Source: Prasinococcaceae sp. CCMP 1430 (Eukaryota; Plantae; Prasinodermophyta). Taken from it: 41,685 nt of DNA. The notes under the pieces were generated by a model that searched no databases, was not told the DNA's origin, and saw nothing but the letters and a program-made list of their open reading frames with translations. The stretch is taken from positions 12,192-53,876 of the forward strand of contig RQSC01000456.1 of the NCBI GenBank assembly GCA_013416795.1, given 5' to 3'. Both the position numbers and the translations under genes were made by a program. The first letter of the stretch is position 1. Every line of letters starts with the position of its first letter. Of this stretch, positions 31,027 to 41,401 are shown piece after piece.

Positions 31027-31616
31027 GCGCAGCGCAGGCGGCGGCGGCGCAGCGAGCCGCCGCGAGCCGAGGACAGCAAGGACGCACGCGCGAAAGCGAC
31101 TCACACCACGCACGCGCGGACGAGTTTCGGCGGCAGCCTCCCTCTTTGGTGTTGCGTCCGTTTCGGCAGCATCGCCATCGCTCGATGCGGCATCCGTGNC
31201 CCGTCGCAGAGTCGACAACCACCGCCGCGCCGTGCCTCTCAAGCACCTTCCGCCCGCCCCACAGCGGCGCTGTGGCACCAGCCGCCGCCGCCAGCCGCCG
31301 CCGCCAGCCCGCCCGCGCGAGGTTTAGGTTTCATATCTTTGAGGTTCATTCAGGGCGAATCCGGTGGTAAAGGGTCTATGATTGATCCCTTCGAAGTGAC
31401 GCGCGCGCGCACGCGTGGCGTGGGCACCGTCCCAAAACCCAAACGTACGTAGTTTTTTTGGACATCACAGTGCATTCGGAAGGCCTTCACTGATTTGGGG
31501 TGTGAATTAATAGGGTTCAATTGTGTGTGTGTGTGTGGAGCAGGCGGAGGGGGTGTTGCGTGTGTGTGCGCGCGCGCGTGCGTGTGTGGCACGCCCGCCC
31601 ACGCGCACGCGCCCGG

Positions 31617-33296
31617 ATGACGCGAGCAGCGCGCGCAGGGGCGCCACGCACGGCCGGCGCGCAGCCCGGGCAGGGCGTGCGTGGGCAGGTCCGCGCGGGC
31701 GGTGCCGCCGCGCGGGGCGGCTTGGTGGGAGGGTACAAGTCCAACGCAGAGTTGGCGGCGTGGGCGAGGGCGTTCGGCAGTGAGGGGTCCGCCTGCCCGG
31801 GACTCGGCTCGGCATGGATGTTCGGCACATCGGGCAAGGTGGGCGACCGTACGCACGTCCCCCACCACGACACGCACTCTCACAAATCTTAGCCGCGCCC
31901 CCTCTCTGCCCCGCTGCTATCCTTGCGCCCGCCAAGCGACGCCGCCGTCTGTCCGAGCACTGCCTCACGCGCTGACTCAAAGCGCGCCCGGTCACCACGC
32001 GCCCGGCCCCAGGGTGAGCCGCTGATTGCGCTCGACATCACGGACCCAAGGACTAACGAGACCGCCAAGCCTGTGCTGAAGATCGTCGCCAACACCCACG
32101 GCAACGAGCCCGCGGGGCGAGAGATTGGCGTCGACCTGGCCGAGTGGCTGTGCAAGGGGTATGCGGAGCGATTGCCGGAGGCAGTGGAGCTGCTGAGAGA
32201 CGCGCGCGTGCTGCTTGTGCCCGCGCTCAACCCCGACGGCTTTGCCGCCAGACAGAGGGGCAACGCGGCGGGCGCCGACCTCAACCGCGACTTCCCCGAC
32301 CAGTTCGCGCCGGCGGTTCAGAAAATGCAGCCGGAGACGCTCGCTGCGATGCGCCTGTCGCGCAATAGCCCTTGCGTGGCCGCGATCGCCTTCCACGAGG
32401 GTGCGGTCGTCGCCAACTACGCGTGGGATGGCCTGCCGTCGAGGAGCCGGCGCTCGGAGTATTCGCGCTGCCCGGACGACGACACTCAGCGTGCGCTCGC
32501 GAGCGCGTACGCGAATGGCCATCCGTCAATGGCTTCGAGTGCCGAGTTTCCGGGCGGCATCACAAACGGCGCCAAGTGGTATCCGCTGTACGGTGGCAAC
32601 CAGGACTGGGAGTACATCAACACTGGCTGCATGTTCATCACCATCGAGGCGAACGAGGCCAAGTGGCCGCCCGCCGACCGCCTGCCCCAGCTCGCCGCAG
32701 CGCATAGGCCCGCGACTCTCGCGCTACTGCGCCAGGCACTCGGCGGCGTCACCGGCGTCATTGTGGACGCCGGCACGGGCGCACCCATCCCTCACGCGGA
32801 GGTCGTCGTGCGCGGCCGCGAGGTCGCGCGTACGCCCGTGTCGGGCGCCGGCGGCGAGTTCTTCCGCACGTTGCTTCCCGGCGAGTACCGCCTGGTCGCA
32901 AGCGCGCGAGGCTACCGTGAGGCAGAACTGGCCGTGTCGGTGCCAAAGCCCGCCACCCCTGGGGATGGCGGGGTCGCTGGCGTGCGCTTCGAGCTCTCGC
33001 CGACAGGAGGCGGTGAGGCCAAGGCAGTGCAGCATGCAGAGCAGCATGGTCAGCAGCTACCACAGAGCATGGGTGCGATGCAGGGTGCGCAGGTGCACGC
33101 GCCGCAAGGCGGGCGAGCCTCAGCCTACAACCTCGCCGGCGAATTGGGCGCCGAGGTGGAGGCCGCCGAGCTGTGGGTCGAGATGCACGCGCGCACGTGG
33201 AACCCGCACATGCTTGCGGCGGGTGGCGTGCTTGGCGTGGCGGCTCTCACGCTCGTCGCCGTGCGGCGCAGGCGGAACCGCAGGGGGCGGCGCTGA
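31617..33296 (+). CDS. CPD: Carboxypeptidase D/E-like M14B metallocarboxypeptidase with transthyretin-like domain and C-terminal TM; intron 31839-32012
   Basis: YKSNAEL; HGNE (Zn ligands); RGNAAGADLNRDFPD; FHEGAVVANYAWD; GITNGAKWYPLYGGNQDW; catalytic ITIE; GVTGVIVD..TG.PI; RTLLPGEY; TM followed by a basic tail. Confidence 0.92.
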
Positions 33297-33390
33297 GCTT
33301 GACGGTCATCGGATGGTAATAATTATTTCGGCTCCAACCGCGGCTCTTTCCCGAAGCTTTGGCAGCCGCGCTCTCGCGCCTCGCGCCTCG

Positions 33391-36300
33391 CTAGAAGCAT
33401 TTATACACACGCAGCGGCCCGCCACGATCGTCGTACATGATTTCCATGTTGTTTTGCAGCTCGACGAGCGCGTCGGAGTACCCTGCAGGGCCAAACTGCG
33501 CCTGCATCTGCTGCTCGGTGAGCCCCGCGTCCCCGCTACGCTGAATGACGGCCAGCAGCTGCGCCGGCGTCGCGGCTTTCGCTTGTAAGGACGACGGCGC
33601 GGTGGGTGGGGAGACGAAGCCTTGCGGGCAGCTCGCTGGGGGCCGCGCGGCCGGCGAGGGGGTCACGCTTGCATTCGGGAGCGCGGGAGCACCCGTGCCC
33701 CCGAGGGACTGTCGCGGCGTCTGGGTTGCACCAAAAGATGGCCGAGGCGCCTTGGCGGGGCCTGGAATGCCAGTGGATCCATCCGGGGCACGCTTTGGTT
33801 GCGGCAGGCCGCCAAAGGATCGGATGGTCATGAGGGCGATCGCCAGATCCAGCACGGCATACGCATCCCGGACCTTGTCCTTGTCGTCCAAAGAGTCCGC
33901 GCCGAAGACAGACTTCAGCAGACCCTCTTTCTGCATCCACTCGATGCATTCTTTCCTCGAATTGAAGTCAGTAGCCACGATGCCATCGAAGGCTGCGCGG
34001 AGCTGCGGGGCCGAGCATGGATACTCCGCGACCAATCGGCGCACGTCCCCAGTTTTTTTGTACAAGCAGCCGTCAATGATCTGTCTGAGCACCGTGGGTA
34101 TTGACACCGGCTTGAGGTCGCCACCCGCCAGCCGGTTGTTGTTCGCAATATACGAAGCGCTTTGGCCGCTGAGCCACGCCTCGAATCGCTTCTCGCCAAT
34201 ACCGGACAACTTGGACGGTCCATCTGGCACTATGGTGGGCCGGCCGGCGCGGTGAGCCTCGGCCAGCAGTGCATCGGCATTTGACGCAAAGCCGGCGAAC
34301 CCTTCACTCGTCGACGCGAGCTCGCTCTTTCGCCGATTGATTTCTGCGTTCCTTTCCTGCGCCACCGCCTGCCGATCGGCTTCATGTTGCGATGCCGTAC
34401 CGGTTGCGGGCCTGCGCACCGGTTGCACGTCACGGGTGAGGTTGAGGCGCTGGCACTGTGTGCCGAGGAGGCCCATGATAGCCCCGCCAAACTCCATTGC
34501 GGTCCACTTGTTGATGCCCTCAACGCTGCCAAAGAGCCTCTGCCGCTCAGCGGGAGACGCTTTGTCAACCATGACTCCCGGAGTGAACCCAGGCTGGGTG
34601 CTGCCGCCGGCGCCGGGCGTGCCGGTCACATTTCCGCACGGGTCAACGCCTTTGGACGAGGGTCGCACCTTGGCGATCGCCTCGGCAGCTGCCTCGCTGA
34701 ATATGGCTTCGGGGGCAATGCCGCGCTCGTTTGCAAGGCGCTGGCGCAGGCCCAAGATCTCCCGCACGAGGACCTGTTCTGCAGGGCTGGTGGTAATCGA
34801 GGGGGCGCTCGTTGCTCCCGCTCCTTTGGGAACCTCTTTGACGATCTGGAGGACAGCATCGCCGTACTTGTCGGCCTTCACTTGTCCGACGCCATTCACG
34901 GCGAGCAGCTCGTGCAAGTTGTTGGGCCGCGCAGCGCAAATGCTGGCGATCGCCGCATCGGTGAAGATGCAGTAGGGAGGCAACGTTTTCCCTGTCTGCG
35001 GATCCCTCGACTGCTCGACTACACGCCGACGCCAGTCCTTGAGCGCTTCGAAAAGCTTCGGCTCCCCGCGGGCCGCCGTAAGGGCCTTCGCGCGCGCCTC
35101 GTCGTCACCGCCGGGCAGCGCCTTCTCGGCCCGCAGCAGCTCGTCGCTCGCGACGATTCTCACAGCGGCGTTTGGGTCGCCAAGAACCGCACGGCCTTCT
35201 CTTGTCAGCACGGTCTTGTTGTACGTGCGCTGACCGTCGGCAATTGAGACAGTCTCCTCTGTCAGCAGGCCCTTTGCCACTAGGGCGGCCCCCAGCGCGC
35301 GCCACCAGTCCTTGTGGTGGTGCTTGCCACGGCCGAACGAAGCCAGATTTTCGTAGCCGCGATCAATGGCCGCTTTTGCGCGCGAGCCCGCGAGGCAATC
35401 GATCGGGCCAGCAAGCGACCATCTGTTGCCCGTGTCTTGGACCGCGCTCATGAGCAGGCGCGCGTCCTTCGTGAAGTCCGTTTCCTGACGGCCAACGGCG
35501 CCAGAGCGGCAGTTGTCACACATGCCGCACGGGGGCGGCCCGTTGCCTTTGCCAGCGAAGTGCTCGACCAGCAGCGTGCGGCGGCAGCGGGTCGACTGTG
35601 CGTATGCCTTGATGGCTCCGAGCCCCACCCCGATGTCTAGCATCCGCGCCCTGCCGCCCGCGTCCAGCGTGCGCGCCCTGCCACTTTCGTCACGGCGAGT
35701 CAACCCGCCCTGCAGAAAACTCTCTCTGGTCCAATCGCGTTCGCTCCACCAAAGCTCGCATATGGAGTCGCGCCCGTCGCGGCCCGCGCGCCTGCGCGGG
35801 GCCCAAGAGCGCAGCGTGCCGCGTGCGTGTGCGTCAGCCGCTTGGCTCACCCGGGCGCTTCATTTGCAGCAGGGCGCGGCGTATCGCGCACGCATACTGA
35901 TGCCGCGATGCGCGCCACATAGGGCGCATGCGCACGCACCCCGCTTCTTGGTAGTACGCCTCCAGACTGCTCGGCGCCCCGAGGTGAAACACCGCGCGCA
36001 CGTCGTGCTTGTCAATGCCCATGCCAAAGGCCACCGTGGCGAAGACGAGCTTGCACTTGCCTTTGATGAACTGGTCGTGCGTCAGCGTCTTGTCTGCCGG
36101 ATTCATGCCCGCGTGGTACACCATTGGCTCGGCCTTGCTGAGGTTGGGATGCCGCCTCGCCATGGCGCAGAGGTTGTCGCATTTGGCCTTCGACTGCGTG
36201 TAACAGATGGTGGCGCCATCAGAGCCACGAGTGCGTGCGTCCACGCGCGAGAGGAAGTCGCCGAGGCCTGCGCCCTTCTGGGCGGAGAACGCCAGGTTCG

Positions 36301-36970
36301 GCCGATCGAAGGTGCTGATTACGCTCTCCTTGGTGCTGTCCATCTCCAGGACCCTGGCCAGGTCGGTTCGCACTTTTTCGGTCGCCGTGGCCGTCAGCGC
36401 CACCACAGGCACGTTCACGCAGGCGGCCCTGATCTCCCGCCGCAGCACGCCCGAGAAGGTCTTGTAGGCAGGTCGGAAGTCGTGCCCCCACTCGGACACG
36501 CAGTGCGCCTCATCCACTGCCAGCATGACGAAGCGCTGGCCATTCTGGGTGACGCACCGCCAGAACTCGGCGTCGAGCGTCATCTCCGCGCGCTCCGGCG
36601 TCATGTACACCACGCGGTATTGACCCTGGCGCACGCCAAGCATGTCGTTGTGCGCCTGGTCGGAGCCCAATTTGCACGCAGCGACGCCCCTGTTGTGGAG
36701 CGCCTCCACCTGGTCGTGCATCAGCGACAGCAGCGGCGTGATGACGATCGCGACGCCGTTGCCGGTGACGAGCGGGGGCACCTGATACACGAGGCTCTTC
36801 CCGCCGCCGGTCGCGACCACCACGACGGCATCGCGGCCTTCCCCCACGACCGCGCGGATGGCCTGCAGCTGCGGCGCGCGGAACTCCGAGTATCCCCAGT
36901 GCTCGCGCAGCACGTCGTGCGCCTTGTCCTCGAGCGCCTGGCCCCACCAGCGCACGTTGAACCCGCGCAT
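33391..36970 (-). CDS. RECQ: RecQ/WRN-like DNA helicase (helicase, RQC, two HRDC-like domains, HTH, C-terminal helical domain); intron 35939..35792
   Basis: WGYSEFR, ATGGGKSLVYQ, VDEAHCVSEWGHDFRP, ALTATAT, ATVAFGMGIDK, YYQEAG|RAGRDG restored by splicing, Zn-RQC CRR...CGMCDNC, HRDC LPPYCIFTD...VNGVG..K..KYG. Confidence 0.95.
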
Positions 36971-37116
36971 TTGAACCCCAAAACATCGTCTCTAACCTCA
37001 ACCCCAGGGCTGTTGGAGCCTTCGATCAGTTCGATGGCAGTTTGCACGGCGCCGCCGCGGGTCCGCACGTGGGCCGCGCGACGGGCGGACCCCCCAACGA
37101 CGCCATCTAAATCAAC

Positions 37117-37126
37117 TCAATTTGAC
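37117..37126 (-). promoter_or_regulatory. RTCAAATYG candidate promoter motif upstream of RecQ
   Basis: Plus-strand TCAATTTGAC = GTCAAATTGA on minus, about 150 bp upstream of the RecQ ATG. Confidence 0.45.
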
Positions 37127-37868
37127 CCGTGGCGCCACGGGTGACTCTCCCGTGGCGCGTCCGCATTCGCGGTTGCGGCGCGCGGCGCCGCGCGGCGTTG
37201 ATGGCGCGTTCGAATGCGTTTTTCGAACGGGCGCGCGTCCGCAACGGAACCGGAACCTAGAACCCCAACCGCATTTTGGGTCTTCTCGGAATTTTGGCTC
37301 CGTAATTCAAACCAGTTCTTGACATGATATAGTACATATTATCAATAAACGCCATATTTCTCACGGAATAAACATTCATTTCATATCCGCGTCTTTGACC
37401 GGAACGGCGTAGGGTTCTGGACGCGCGCGGCGGGAGAGCCGCCGCCCGCCGATCGGCGGCGGCGCCTATCGGCGCCGGGGTCCGTCCGCGCGCGCGCTTC
37501 TCGCGGGTTCCGCGGCGTTTCGGTGGGGTTCGCATGGGGAATCGAGCCCGGGCGTGCGCAAAAGCCGCGCGCGCGGGCCGAATCCGAATCGCGCAAAAAC
37601 TCGCAATCGGCGATCGGCGGCGGGAGAATCAGCGGCGCCCGGGGAAAATCCGCGGGTTCCGGTGCGTCTCGGCGGAGTTCGGATGGGAAATGGAATCCAG
37701 CGTGGGTGGGAATTTTGCTGGTGGGCGGCGGGGCGGATTCGCCGCGGGGGTCGGGGGCGAATCGGCGGCGGCCTGCGAGCGACTGACGCGGCGAGGCGCA
37801 GCAGGGGCGTGCAGTGAGGGGGACGGATACTGCGCGACACCACAGCGCGCGCGTGGCGCGCAACGCCG

Positions 37869-39536
37869 GTGCGCCTGCACGTGCGCTGCGAGGGCGGCGC
37901 GGGCTTTGCGGGCGCGCTCGCCGCGAGCGGCGGCGACGCGCACACGCTGGCGCTGCACGTCCTGCTGCGCGAGCACCGTGCGCGCTCACGTACGGTGCCG
38001 CTCGCCGTCGAGCCGCGCTTCAGCTTCACCTGCGCGCTCGACCTGGGCGCGCGCGTGAACACGCGCGGGCTCGACGCCGCAGGCGGCGCGTCGGCGTTCC
38101 GGCGCGTGCTCGAAGCGGCGTTGCCGCCGTTGACGGTGGTGGTCACGTCGCACCGCGGCGACGCCGCCAGCACGTCGCAGGCAGCTGTCGTCGGAATCGC
38201 CCACGTCGAGTGGGCGCCGGTGCTCGCGGCGGGGACCGCCGCCGTGGACGTGCAGCTTCGCGGGGTGGGCGCGGAGGCCGGCCTGCGGACAGGCACGCTG
38301 CGCGTTGAGCTCGAGGTGACGCCCGCGCCGCTCGCCGGCGGGCGGGTCGCCTTAGGTGCCGACGAGGCGGCCTCCGCCCTCTCGCGGCAGCGCATGCGCG
38401 AGACGTCGGCCTCCGCGCGCTTCCTCTCTTACGCGCGCAGCTGGTGGGCGGCCTACGCCGCCGCTGCGGACCCCGGCGTGGCGGAGTGCGTGCGGTTGCT
38501 GCTGCCCGAGGCGTCGGGGGCGCAGAGGGCGTGCGTGAGCACGGTGCGGCCGCAGCAGGCCGGGCGTTCAATTGCGTCGCCGCGCGAGGCGGCGCGCTTC
38601 GTCTCGCTCATACCCGCCGGCGAGGAGGAGCGCGAGCGCCGACGGGGTGCCGCCGCGATGGGCAACGCCCTGGCGTTTGAGCCGACGTGGGCGGGTGCCG
38701 CGCTCGTGTTCGCCCAGGGCTGGGCGAGCAGGCTCGACCACGCTACGCTGCTGTGCTCCCTCCTCCTCGGCTTCAACTTGGACGCGTGGGTGGTGCTCGG
38801 CCGCGACGCGACGGGGCCGCACGCGTGGGTGGCCGTGCGCGACAGCAGGCGACGGGCTATCTTCTGGGAGTCCCTCACCGGGCGGCGCTACGACACGGCC
38901 GACCCCAAGGCGATGCGCAGGTGCCCGTACCGCGCGGTGGGGTGTGCTTTCAACCACCGGAAGTTCTTCGCGTCGCTTGCGAGCTCGTCGCTCTCGTCGG
39001 GGGAGGTCGACTACCGCTTCGAGGACCCTGCCCTCTGGATGGGCATGGACGAGGGCGAGTGCGCGGCACTCCCGCCGCCGCCACCGCTCGCGCTGCGCCC
39101 GCCGACTGCCGACCGCGCCGCGCTCGAAGAGGCGATCGAGTCGGCTCTGCGTCAGCGCATCGCCAAGGCCCGGAGCGACGCGGGCATGCGACGGACAGTG
39201 TGGGACCTCTCGTTGTCGTACTTGCTCATGCCAGCGCTCGCTTCGTACGAGGGCGAGCAGATCACCGGCGCCAGCGGCGGGAACGAGGAGTTCCAGATGA
39301 GCATCAAGCGCGCCGTGCCGCGGGGTTACTCTTTCAAGGCCTTCCCGCAGCAGTTCACGCACACCTCTGCGGACAGGATGCTCTCCCGCCTGCTCACTTC
39401 GGAGGTGTGCGCCGACATCATCGGCTGCGACGACACCGACGCGAAGTTTGCACTGAGAGCCCGCTGCTGCTGCTATCCGGAGGATGTCTTCGCAGTGTGG
39501 GTGATGGTGTCCGTCTGCCATCACAACAAGCACTAG
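37869..39536 (+). CDS. CEP76: Centrosomal protein CEP76 (C2 + transglutaminase-like domains); N-terminal exon not located
   Basis: SPREAARFVSLIP, DHATLLCSLLLGF, HAWV, FWESLTGRRY, YRAVGCAFNH, WDLSLSYLLMPALASYE, GNEEFQMSIKRAVP.G.SFKAFP, YPEDVFAVWVM: all CEP76 signature segments. Confidence 0.92.
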   Translation: MRLHVRCEGGAGFAGALAASGGDAHTLALHVLLREHRARSRTVPLAVEPRFSFTCALDLGARVNTRGLDAAGGASAFRRVLEAALPPLTVVVTSHRGDAASTSQAAVVGIAHVEWAPVLAAGTAAVDVQLRGVGAEAGLRTGTLRVELEVTPAPLAGGRVALGADEAASALSRQRMRETSASARFLSYARSWWAAYAAAADPGVAECVRLLLPEASGAQRACVSTVRPQQAGRSIASPREAARFVSLIPAGEEERERRRGAAAMGNALAFEPTWAGAALVFAQGWASRLDHATLLCSLLLGFNLDAWVVLGRDATGPHAWVAVRDSRRRAIFWESLTGRRYDTADPKAMRRCPYRAVGCAFNHRKFFASLASSSLSSGEVDYRFEDPALWMGMDEGECAALPPPPPLALRPPTADRAALEEAIESALRQRIAKARSDAGMRRTVWDLSLSYLLMPALASYEGEQITGASGGNEEFQMSIKRAVPRGYSFKAFPQQFTHTSADRMLSRLLTSEVCADIIGCDDTDAKFALRARCCCYPEDVFAVWVMVSVCHHNKH

Positions 39537-39648
39537 CTCTCTGCACGGCGTGGGCGCTCCACCACGCGTGCCTGCGCCCACGCGTGCTCGTAATCAGACC
39601 CAAATCCCACTCGCGAGGGGAAAGAATTACGCCCCGCCACGCGCTCGC

Positions 39649-41132
39649 TCATTCTCGACGCTTGGCGGTGTACTTGACGTGCGCGTTGCGCACGCCCGTG
39701 AGGTCCTGCATCGCGGTCGGCAAGTAGAATACGCGCGTCAGGAAAGGGCTGCGGGTCCTGTCTACAAAATCCGCCTCCGCGACGGTGCTCCACCGCCCGC
39801 CGGCACTGTCTGTCAGCCCTCCCGCGCCCTCCGCCTTGGCGTCCACAAGCACGGTGCACTTCTCCAGCGGCACGTACTGCTCAGGGCTCTCCACGTTGCG
39901 GTCGTTGAAGTGCGCGGGCGCGGGATTGTCCGCCTCGAAGGGCATGGGGAGCATGCCTCCCCCGCTCTCGCGCACCCATGCCACCTCGTAGCCGTCGGGC
40001 AGGAAGAAGCTCGACGGGAAACGGTGCCATTCGTCGCCCACACACAGCAGCTCGCCGCCCGCACGCGCGGACGGCAGTCGCGCGTACACGTCGAGCGGCG
40101 CCCCATAGTTGGCGGCGAGCGCCGCGTAGCGCGAGAGACCAAGCGCGGCCGACGCGAGCAGCACCACCCACGCAATGCAATCGAGGATCCGCCCAGGCGC
40201 CACGCGCGCAGCTGAGAGGATGCGCAGGAAGCTGTCCCAGCCAAGGGCGGCAGCGAGGACCAGCGTGGGATAGACGGGGGTGAGGAAGCGCTCCTCCTTG
40301 TGCGGCACCAGCGAAAGGACGCTCAGCCACGTCCACGTGGTCGCCAGCGCGAGGTACCACGCTCGCGACCGCGCGGAGCACTCGACGCGTCGTGCCGACA
40401 GCGCGTTGCACGCCGAGAAGAAGGCGCCGAACAGCGGCACCACCACTGCCGGCGCGAAGTTCAGCAGCAGGTTCTTCCAGTAGAAGTGGAAGGGCTCGAC
40501 GCCGTACAGCGTCGAGTCACCGCCCGCGAAGTTGTAGCGCACCAGGTTGAGTGGCGCGAGCACCCACCGCTCGTAGTGCCCGCGGTCCGCCCACGCGCCG
40601 AGCACGAGCGCGAGTGCGGCGGCGGACAGCGTCCACAGCACCGCTGGTCTAATCCCCACGCTGGCGCACCCCCACAGCCCGAGCGGTACCATCGCAATGC
40701 CCGCGAAGGGCCACCCAGCGGCGACGCAGCCGAAGCTCGCGATGACGAGCGCCCTGCGCGGCCTCGCGTCGATGGCAGCAGCCACGGCGCACGACACGCA
40801 CGAGGCGACCGCGGAGCTCGGCAGCAGCGCAGGCGCCTGCGCAAGCGTCCCCGCGGCAGAGGCCGAGACGAGGATGAACACGGCCGCCGCACGAGGGCCC
40901 GCGGCGCACGCCGTGGAGGACGCCAGCCACGCGTCGGACAGGGACGATATGAGGACGAGCAGGGCCCTACGCGTCCGCGCGAGAGAGGGGAGGTAGAGGA
41001 AGGGAGAGTCAGCCGCACATCTGCACACGCGAGAACGCGAGAACGCGCATGCACGCGCACTCGCGCTCGCGCTCGCGCGTACCTAACAGCGTAGAACTCC
41101 TCCGCGCGCGCCGCGAGCGGCGCGAGCCCCAT
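39649..41132 (-). CDS. ALG9: Alpha-1,2-mannosyltransferase ALG9 (GT22); intron 41082..40967; N-terminal loop not found
   Basis: FYAVR|ALLVL, LLPSS, GWPF, YNF.GGDSTLYGVEP..FYWKNLLLNF, PHKEERFL.PVYP, CVGDEWHRFPSSFFLP, FNDRN.E. Phase-2 intron with a GCTGAC branch point. Confidence 0.9.
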
Positions 41133-41392
41133 CGCGGCGCGCGCGGCGCGCACGGCGGCCGCCCCAACCCCCGGCTCGTTCGCAGCCCCAAGGGGGCGCC
41201 CTCCGCAGCGCCGCCCGCGCGCGCTCTGGCTACAGTGGGGTTGGTGGGGGTGGTGGTGGGGGCAGCCCTGCTCCCAACCCCCCTGAGCGCCTGCAGCTGC
41301 AGCCTCCGCCGCTTTTCGCCGCGCCTCTGCGCCCCGCGCGACGCACCCGTTTTGACCTGGGAAACACCCGCGCGCTTTTGAACCATTTTTAA

Positions 41393-41401
41393 ATCAAATC
41401 G
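41393..41401 (+). promoter_or_regulatory. RTCAAATYG motif in the AT-rich island upstream of ALG9
   Basis: ATCAAATCG, here antisense to the nearest gene. Confidence 0.4.

Noticed and set aside
331-31199. Single Ns at 331, 2013, 18941, 21992 and 31199 near truncated or divergent gene starts
   Set aside because: These are scaffold joins or ambiguous bases. Apparent ultra-short intergenic distances and missing starts (e.g. EFL1/SRP14) are not treated as biology.
1390-41082. Introner-like repeated introns
   Set aside because: The inferred introns share only splice signals; no extended similarity was seen between them.
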